The position numbers were made by a program, and so were the translations under genes. A DNA stretch of 64,000 nucleotides from an uncultured Planctomycetota bacterium (GTDB lineage: Bacteria; Planctomycetota; Planctomycetia; Pirellulales; PALSA-1355), in NCBI GenBank assembly GCA_963711515.1, contig CAVQEL010000031.1, forward strand, positions 82,052-146,051. Reading direction: 5' to 3'. The notes under the pieces were generated by a model, which made no database searches, had not been told where the DNA came from, and worked only from the letters and a program-made list of their open reading frames with translations. Position 1 is the first letter of the stretch. Every line of letters begins with the position of its first letter. Of this stretch, positions 57,282 to 64,000 are shown in pieces.

Positions 57282-58625
57282 TTATTTTTCGGCCAGCAGT
57301 TCGCGGATCTTCTCGCCCAGCTCCTCGCGCAGGTTGGGCGAGTAGCCGACGTGGATCGAGCGCACGACGCCCTGGCCGTCGAGCATCACCAGCGTCGGCC
57401 AGCCGGTGATGTTGTAATGCTCGTTGATACCGTCCTCGCGACCGTTTTTGAGCGAGGCGTAGTTGAGCCCCATCTTGTCGATCACGAAGTTGGCATCCTC
57501 AAGATCCCGGTCGTTGTTCATGCCCAGGATGACGACCGGCTCGTCTTTGAAGTCGTTGGCCAATTGCTTGATTTGCGGCATGGCTCGAATGCACCAGCCG
57601 CAGCCGCGATACCAGAAATCCAACAGCACGACCTTGCCGTGATAGTCCGCCAGCGAGCGCGGGTTGCCTTCGAGGTCGGTTGTTTCCCAGGCCGCCGAGG
57701 GCTGGCCCAGCAACTTGCCGAATTGCTCGGCCGACTCCAAAGTGTACTTGCGCAGGACGGAATGCCCTATAAGCCTGGTTTGTGCGCCTTTTTTCAGGAG
57801 CGGCTGCTGGAAACCGGCCAGTGCTTCTTTCAAGCCGGCTTGGGCCTGATCCAGCAGCTCGGCCGAGTGGGCAAAATCCTGGTCTGCGCGAGCGGTCAGC
57901 TTGTCGTAGTCCGCGCAGGCCGCGATATAGGCGTTCATCTCGTCGGCCAGCGCCGCGACGTCGGCATCGGCCAGCATCGCGTCGTCGGCGAGCTTGATGC
58001 GCTGCACGACGGGCTCGTCGCTGCGGCCGGCGGGCCAGCCCTGCGTCGAACTGGTCGTCACGTCGGTGACCAGCCCTTTCGCGACGTCGAAGACGTACTG
58101 CCGGTGCGTTTGGATCAGGTAGACCGGACTGAAGACGGTTTGGGGATCTTCGCTGAACTCCCAGCGGCCGTCTTGCGGCTCGGCGTCGGAGTGGAACTTG
58201 CGCTTCGTGTCGTCAAGTCCCATTTCCGTCGACCAACTGCTGACCAGGCTGGCCTCGTCGGGCGCCAGCGGCGGGACGAGCGGCGTGGGATTGGCAAATG
58301 GCGTGAGCGTGCGGTTCTCCGTCAGGCGGCCGTCGGCGGCCAGGTCGAAGTAGCCGTCTCTGGTCCCGCTCCGGGCAGCTTGCGTGAAGTACACCCGCCA
58401 GCTCTTGTCCGGATTCTGGGCGACGACGATCAACGTCCAGGTCGTCGGATTGTTGTTGGACGGCGCCTCCTCGGCGACCGTTTGATAGGTGAGTTGTTGC
58501 CCGACCTTGAGCTTGTAGCGCGGCAGCGCGTCGGCGGCGGCAGCGCGGGCATCGACCACCGCAGCGCTCAGGGGGCCGAGAACCACAGCAATACCCAACA
58601 CACAGCGCAAGCGTGGCACGTACAT
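57282..58625 (-). CDS. Secreted protein with a C-terminal TlpA/redoxin domain
   Basis: Signal peptide; GKVVLLDFWYRGCGWC, GWPT. Confidence 0.88.
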   Translation of the reverse strand: MYVPRLRCVLGIAVVLGPLSAAVVDARAAAADALPRYKLKVGQQLTYQTVAEEAPSNNNPTTWTLIVVAQNPDKSWRVYFTQAARSGTRDGYFDLAADGRLTENRTLTPFANPTPLVPPLAPDEASLVSSWSTEMGLDDTKRKFHSDAEPQDGRWEFSEDPQTVFSPVYLIQTHRQYVFDVAKGLVTDVTTSSTQGWPAGRSDEPVVQRIKLADDAMLADADVAALADEMNAYIAACADYDKLTARADQDFAHSAELLDQAQAGLKEALAGFQQPLLKKGAQTRLIGHSVLRKYTLESAEQFGKLLGQPSAAWETTDLEGNPRSLADYHGKVVLLDFWYRGCGWCIRAMPQIKQLANDFKDEPVVILGMNNDRDLEDANFVIDKMGLNYASLKNGREDGINEHYNITGWPTLVMLDGQGVVRSIHVGYSPNLREELGEKIRELLAEK

Positions 58626-58894
58626 GGCCGAATCCTTTCCGAGCGAGAGGTGATGACGCGGTCCGGCAACTAGCCGCGATTATACCACCCGGACGAGGAA
58701 GTCAAACTTTCGCCCGATCGCTCGAAACGGCCAGCAGAGAGGCCCCCAGCGGGAGCGTCGACCGGCCGGCCGCGTAGCCGGCGCAGGGCCAAGTGCCGAT
58801 GGCGACGCAAATCCGAGGATAACAGCCGCGCCGCGGGCCCCCCGTGCGCGCGTGCGGCTGCGATGCCATCCAACGAGGCCCAGCCGTGTGAGTG

Positions 58895-59116
58895 CTAAAC
58901 GGCCAGCGCCTCGTCGACGGGCCGGCGCGGTTGCTCTTCGTCCGTTTGCTTCCAGTCGGAGCCGACCCAATCGGCCAACTCGCCGCGCAGGATGCGGACG
59001 TGCGGCGGGGCGTCGATGCCCAGCTTGACCACGCCGCCCCGGACTCCCAGCACCGTGATGGTGATGTGTTCGCCGATCTTGATCTTCTCGCCTTGCTTGC
59101 GACTCAGTACCAGCAT
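58895..59116 (-). CDS. csrA: Carbon storage regulator CsrA/RsmA homologue
   Basis: MLVLSRKQGEKIKIGEHITITVLGVRGGVVKLGIDAPPHVRILRGEL. Confidence 0.95.
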   Translation of the reverse strand: MLVLSRKQGEKIKIGEHITITVLGVRGGVVKLGIDAPPHVRILRGELADWVGSDWKQTDEEQPRRPVDEALAV

Positions 59117-59191
59117 TCGAGTTCCCTCCGTGAATGAGGACTGGGAGCGAAGCGCGCTCCCGTGATCCGTGTCGGATGGTTCCCGCTGAGG

Positions 59192-59207
59192 AGCAAAACG
59201 GGTGCCA
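59192..59207 (-). promoter_or_regulatory. Sigma54 -24/-12 promoter of csrA
   Basis: Minus strand TGGCAC-CCGTT-TTGCT, an exact consensus match. Confidence 0.8.
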
Positions 59208-59296
59208 CGTGGGATGACAAAGCCGAAAGCTCTCGCAAGTCGTTGCCGAGCGAGCGAGAAGCAACGCCAGCGGCGATTGCATGCAGGCGGACGATA

Positions 59297-59341
59297 GCGA
59301 TCAAAATCGCACACGGTGTGTTTTAGTCTGCCACAATGGCA
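59297..59341. promoter_or_regulatory. Putative enhancer (UAS) palindromes for the csrA sigma54 promoter
   Basis: GCGAT-CAAA-ATCGC, CACAC-G-GTGTG and TGCCA-CAA-TGGCA, about 115-160 bp upstream of the expected start site. Confidence 0.55.
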
Positions 59342-59393
59342 ACGTTTCGCTCATTGCGCGGCCTAGCAACCTGTTGAAGAAATCAACGGCCCG

Positions 59394-59816
59394 TCAGGGG
59401 TTCGGCGGCGCGGTGGCGATCAACACCACCAGCGTTTCGGTGCCGGTGTTTTCGATGCCGTGCTCGCACCAGGGGGGCAGATAGATGAAGTCCCCCTTGT
59501 GGACCTCGCGCTGATAGCGGGCGAACGTCATCAGCCCCTTCCCTTCGAGAATGCAGTACGTCTCTTCGGTCTCGTGCGAGCCGGGGGGGAGCACCGCATG
59601 CGGCGGCACGAAGAACATCGTCAAGCTCATGTTCTTCGACGCCGCCTTGGGATTCACCGGATGCACGACCCGCACCCCCACGCCGTGGCAATCCCGGTAA
59701 GCCACCGGCACGCCGTCCTGCACGTTGACGATCATCGGGTCGACCGGCCCGTCGGGCTTAGGAATCACCGGTGGTTTGCCGGTCGAGTAACCTTGGTACT
59801 GCGTGATGCGGGCCAT
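59394..59816 (-). CDS. Cupin domain protein
   Basis: GSHETEETYCILEGKG, LPPWCEHGIEN. Confidence 0.88.
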   Translation of the reverse strand: MARITQYQGYSTGKPPVIPKPDGPVDPMIVNVQDGVPVAYRDCHGVGVRVVHPVNPKAASKNMSLTMFFVPPHAVLPPGSHETEETYCILEGKGLMTFARYQREVHKGDFIYLPPWCEHGIENTGTETLVVLIATAPPNP

Positions 59817-59911
59817 GGGGCGAATTCCTTGCTGGAGGAACAATCGAGAATATGTAGCCCGGCGAACGTCCCTCGTGCGAAATTGCCGTTCTCAAATGAG
59901 AAGCGCCGGAG

Positions 59912-60194
59912 TCAAACTTGGGACACAGCCCAGATACAAGCGATGACCGCCAGCGCCATCAACACGATCAGAGTGAGGAGCCACCGCATACCGAATTGCT
60001 GGCGCTGATGCGGTCTGTAGGTCAGGAAAGAACTTGCGGTCCAGCTCGGCCTTCCGCCGGCGAATTGCCTCGAATTCTACGACGAGCTGTGCGGCTTCCG
60101 GGTCCCAATTTGTACGGAGCGAGCGTACTAGTGTGAAAATAGCTAACCCGCGCCGTACAGATTTGAACCAGGGGAGTTTTCGACGTTCGCTCAT
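59912..60194 (-). CDS. Small membrane protein; frameshift near 60020
   Basis: The shifted frame reads QQFGMRWLLTLIVLMALAVIACIWAVSQV-stop. Confidence 0.5.
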
Positions 60195-60260
60195 GCGTCC
60201 CAATATAACACACCCGGCATAACGTTGACTCTCGACGGATCGTCGATCCATCGTCGGGGG

Positions 60261-60989
60261 TCACCGTGCACAATGGCCACGGCGCCGACAAGGGCGGTGC
60301 AGCATGTGGCGATGCGGATTGCTCGCTCGGCAACAGTTGGTAGGGCACGCCTCGGCCGCCGGTTGCGGCGGGCCGATCCGCAAGTTGCGGAACCAGACTT
60401 CTTCGCTGTGGTTTTGCAGGCCGAGGTAGCCGCAAGTGAAGCGGCGACCCAGCTCGGGAAACGCGCGGGCGTTGGCGTCGACGATCACCACGCCGTTGTG
60501 CGTCACGCGGTACGACGTGCCGCGGCAGTTGATCTCCATCGTGTTCCACTCGCCCGCCGGGTGCGAAACGTGCTGCGTGGCCGGGGCTACCAGGTAGATG
60601 CTGCCGCAGTACTGCGCGGGCTTGAGTTTTCGATAGCGGGCCGCGTCGTCGTCGAGCAGTTGCACCTCGGCGCCGCCCCCCTGGCGATGCGCTCCGTCGG
60701 CCGGCACGTGCAGGTAAATGCCCGAGTTGCCGCCCGGGCGAAGCTTGTATTCGAAGCGGAGATTGAAATCGCCGTAGCGCCCCTTGCTGCGCAACCACGT
60801 TCCTTTCTCGCCGGTGCACACGAGCACGCCGTCTGCGACGCGCCACGATTGTCCGGCCCCGCTGGTCACTCCCTCCCAGCCCGACAGATCGTGGCCATTG
60901 AACAACGACCGAAAGCCGGGCTCGGCAGCCGCGGCACCCGAATTGGCCGCCAGCGCGGCCGCCGCGCAAAGAAGAAATGTCCAGCGCAT
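60261..60989 (-). CDS. Secreted DUF1080 (3-keto-disaccharide hydrolase-like) protein
   Basis: SLFNGHDLSGW, NSGIY, EVQLLD, GEWNTMEI, LQNH...VWFRNL. Confidence 0.92.
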   Translation of the reverse strand: MRWTFLLCAAAALAANSGAAAAEPGFRSLFNGHDLSGWEGVTSGAGQSWRVADGVLVCTGEKGTWLRSKGRYGDFNLRFEYKLRPGGNSGIYLHVPADGAHRQGGGAEVQLLDDDAARYRKLKPAQYCGSIYLVAPATQHVSHPAGEWNTMEINCRGTSYRVTHNGVVIVDANARAFPELGRRFTCGYLGLQNHSEEVWFRNLRIGPPQPAAEACPTNCCRASNPHRHMLHRPCRRRGHCAR

Positions 60990-61148
60990 GGGATGTCGAC
61001 GCCTTGCTGCGAAACGCGGAGGGAAGGATGCCGACGGCCATGATCGTTGCCGCCGGTGCGCGATGCAAGCGCCGGCTCGCTGCTTTCCCGGCGCGCCCGC
61101 GCCGTTACACTATGCGAAACGGGCACGATTTCCCGCGGAGTCGGACCG

Positions 61149-62523
61149 ATGAACCCCCCTGCCCCGCCATCCGTCGCGCTGAGCATGCCCGCGTTCGACC
61201 GCCGCGAGTGGCTGCGGCTCGGCTTGGGGGGCGTGGCTTCACTGGGGCTGGCCGGTTTGTTGCGTGCCCGAGCCGCGGCCGCCAAGGCCTCGGCCAGCGA
61301 GCGGACGGCGTTGATCGTTGTCTGGCTGCACGGCGGGGCATCTCACTTCGAAACGTACGACCCCAAGCCGCTGGCCGCGGACGAAGTGCGCGGGCCGTAT
61401 CGTCCGATCGCGACGCGCATGCCCGGTATGCACGTCTGCGAGCTGCTGCCGCGGCATGCCGCCCTGGCCGATCGGTTCAACATCGTCCGGTCGCTCGTGC
61501 ATACCGGCTTTTGCCACCAACAAGGCGTGCAGCAGATGTTCACCGGGCACCCGGTGCGCGAGCTGCGCAACAAGCCCGATCATCCCGATTGTTTTTCGAT
61601 CGCCAGTCGCTTGCGGAGCGATCGGGAGCGGACGCTTCCCAACTACGTCGGCGTGCCGCCGGTGCCGTATACCGGTTCGGCCTACCTGGGATTGAACTGC
61701 GAGCCGTTCAGCGTGTATGGCAACCCCAACGCGCCCGACTTTCAGGTCCCCAACGTCCACGTCGACTCGGCCGAGCGGACGGCCCGGATCGAATCGCGGC
61801 GGGCGCTGCGCCAGCAGTTCGACCAACTGCAAGGGGCGCTCGACCTGGCCGGCAACATGCAGGCACTCGACGCCTTCGACCAACAGGCCTGGAGCATGCT
61901 CACCTCGCCGGCCACGCGCGACGCGTTCGACCTCTCACAGGAAGACCCCCGAGTGCGCGACCGCTATGGGCGAACGAGCTGGGGGCAGCAATGCCTGCTG
62001 GCCCGGCGGCTCGTCGAAGCGGGAGTCGACCTGGTCACGACGTCCCTCGCCGGGCCCGAGGCGGGCCGCGTGCACAACTGGGACGACCACGCCGTGAATC
62101 ATCACGTGTTCGACGTGATGAAGTATCGGGCGCCGAATTTCGATCGGGCCGTCACCGCGCTCATCGAAGATCTGTACGAGCGGGGGCTCGACCGCCGGGT
62201 GATGGTGGTGGTGACCGGCGAGTTCGGCCGCACGCCCAAGATCACCTACGTCGACGGGCAGCCGGGCCGCGATCATTGGCCAAATGCCACGTCGCTGCTG
62301 TTCGCCGGCGGCGGCATGCGCACCGGACAGGTCATTGGCGCCACCGACCGCGACGGCGCCGAAGTCGTCGAGCGGCGCCTCGGCGTGGCCGACCTGTTGG
62401 CCACGATCTATCGCCACCTGCGGCATCGAAACGGCCGGCCTCGAGTTTCCCGATTTCGCGGGACGCCCAATTCCCGTCCCGGCCGACGGCACGCCGATCC
62501 GGGAGCTGTTGCCGGTCAGTTAG
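61149..62523 (+). CDS. DUF1501 family protein (Tat signal); frameshift near 62420
   Basis: DRREWL, WLHGGASHFETYDPKP, CLLARRLVEAGV, WDDH, GEFGRTP, GRDHWP. Confidence 0.93.
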
Positions 62524-62554
62524 CGGCTGCGACAATTAGTGTCAACGCATCCGT

Positions 62555-62950
62555 TCAGCGATCCAAGCGAAGCTTGGGATACGCCTCCACTTTGGCTTCG
62601 GGAAACAGCCGTTGGGCCTCGCGCACTTCGGCGCAATCCTGAGGGTCGGGTAGCCGCACGAATCGCGCCTCCTCGATGGGGATTTCGAGCGTGGCGATGC
62701 CCTGCTCGCCAAACAGCCTCAATAGCGCCGGCGCGGCGACTGGAGGCGATGCCGGCGGCTGCACAATGAAGCATCCATACGGAACCACCGTTGCGGAATG
62801 GTAAACGTTGGGCCGGGTGAGTAATTGGTGTCGTTTGTGCGCCCAATTCCTGGCGGACCCGAGCAGCACGGCTAGCGCCGCCATGAGTACGAACAGCTTC
62901 CGCAGGCCGAATTGCGTCGGGCGTTTGGCAAATTGCAGGACTGCGCTCAT
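62555..62950 (-). CDS. Small membrane-anchored hypothetical protein
   Basis: QFGLRKLFVLMAALAVLLG anchor; EAQRLFPEA near the C-terminus. Confidence 0.65.
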   Translation of the reverse strand: MSAVLQFAKRPTQFGLRKLFVLMAALAVLLGSARNWAHKRHQLLTRPNVYHSATVVPYGCFIVQPPASPPVAAPALLRLFGEQGIATLEIPIEEARFVRLPDPQDCAEVREAQRLFPEAKVEAYPKLRLDR

Positions 62951-63220
62951 CGGTAAACCTCGCTTGCTGCGGCTCCCGCCGGCGTCGCATGCTATCGGCG
63001 TCCGTGCCCTAGCCGCATTCTAAACGAAAACCGGGCAATTCCTGGCGACAGGAACGTCTGCTGCGCCCCCTTTCGCCCCATTAGCCTTCCGTAAGAGCCC
63101 TTATTCGCCGGCGAGTGGCGTGTCATAATGGCGGCGGCGGCCGTGCGGGCGGACCGAACCCGCGCTGCCGCCCGGTTGTCCCACTGCCGTGGACTGCCGA
63201 CTCCGCGACCCCGCCCGCCG

Positions 63221-64000
63221 ATGCACGCACACGACGCCGACGACCCGAGCGACTCTCCTCCCCTTGCCGTGCACGATGCGTATGCCGCCATTCGCCTCGG
63301 CAATTTTCGCCGCTACTGGGCGGGCAACCTGCTGTCGATCATCGGCATGCAGATGCAGTCGGTCACGGTCGTGTGGGAAGTTTACAAACGGACCAACGAC
63401 CCGTTCAGCGTCGGTCTGGTAGGGCTGGTGCTGGTCGTGCCAGTGCTGTCGCTGGCGCTAGTGGGCGGGCACGTGGCCGATCGGTTCGATCGCCGCAAGG
63501 TGCTGGCCTGTTCGCTCTCGCTCAACATGTGCGCCTCGCTGGGCTTGGCGGCCGTGTCGTTCTTTCAGTGGCACATCGTCGGGCTGTACGGCTGCTTGTT
63601 TCTGATCGGCGTGGCCCGGGCCTTTCAACAACCGGCCAAAAGCTCGCTGTTGCCGCAGCTCGTGCCCCGGCACGTGTTTGCCAACGCGGTGACCTGGAAC
63701 CTGGGGGGCTTTCAGCTCGCCGCCGCCATCGGGCCGGCCCTGGGTGGTTTGACGCTGGCCTCGTTCGGCCACGCCTACGTCGCTTACCTGTTGCAGGCGG
63801 CCGCCGCGGCCAGCTTCATCGTGCTTCTGTCGGGCGTGCGGCGGCAGGCGTCGGTCTTTACGCCCGAGCCGACCACGATGAAAACGCTCGTCGAGGGTTT
63901 TCACTTCGTGTGGCACAACAAGGTCGTGCTGGGGGCGATGGCCCTCGACATGTTCGCCGTGCTGCTCAGCGAAGCCAAGGCGCTGCTTCCCATCTTTGCC
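63221..64000 (+). CDS. MFS transporter (EntS/DHA3-like), runs off the window
   Basis: Manual translation from ATG 63221: NFRRYWAGNLLSIIGMQMQ...GGHVADRFDRRKV. Confidence 0.88.
   Translation, partial: MHAHDADDPSDSPPLAVHDAYAAIRLGNFRRYWAGNLLSIIGMQMQSVTVVWEVYKRTNDPFSVGLVGLVLVVPVLSLALVGGHVADRFDRRKVLACSLSLNMCASLGLAAVSFFQWHIVGLYGCLFLIGVARAFQQPAKSSLLPQLVPRHVFANAVTWNLGGFQLAAAIGPALGGLTLASFGHAYVAYLLQAAAAASFIVLLSGVRRQASVFTPEPTTMKTLVEGFHFVWHNKVVLGAMALDMFAVLLSEAKALLPIFA

Noticed and set aside
59364-59384. IS end-like sequence TAGCAACCTGTTGAAGAAATC
   Set aside because: A single short match with no partner end or transposase in the window.

Overview
High-GC bacterial chromosomal DNA, most likely Planctomycetota (Pirellulales-like), judged from DUF1501, DUF1080, DUF2617, PEP-CTERM, TPR-rich secreted proteins and a csrA paralog. 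It is mostly housekeeping and accessory genes: hpt, a GT4, asnB-like, glgC, a histidine kinase with a sigma54 regulator, rsmD, a cyclophilin, LysR-gltB-gltD, cutA, GH172, an ECF sigma with partner, a Ca/H antiporter, a radical SAM plus rarA, a LysM-L,D-transpeptidase, pyrE, an Ntn acylase, a sugar ABC transporter, csrA and an MFS transporter. About 20 genes carry small frameshifts, most likely long-read indel errors. I found no rRNA, tRNA, CRISPR array, prophage or transposase. The most interesting signals are non-coding: (1) a candidate Csr/Rsm circuit, made of a csrA with a consensus sigma54 promoter, enhancer-like palindromes and a GGA-rich leader, plus an orphan, terminated, GGA-rich structured RNA candidate downstream of glgC; (2) several REP families, including a composite REP/MITE whose left end coincides with the upstream gene's stop codon; (3) a TGTAC-N4-GTACA palindrome over the promoter of a SplB-like/rarA pair, a candidate SOS box. 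All family calls come from motif recognition by eye; no database searches were run.
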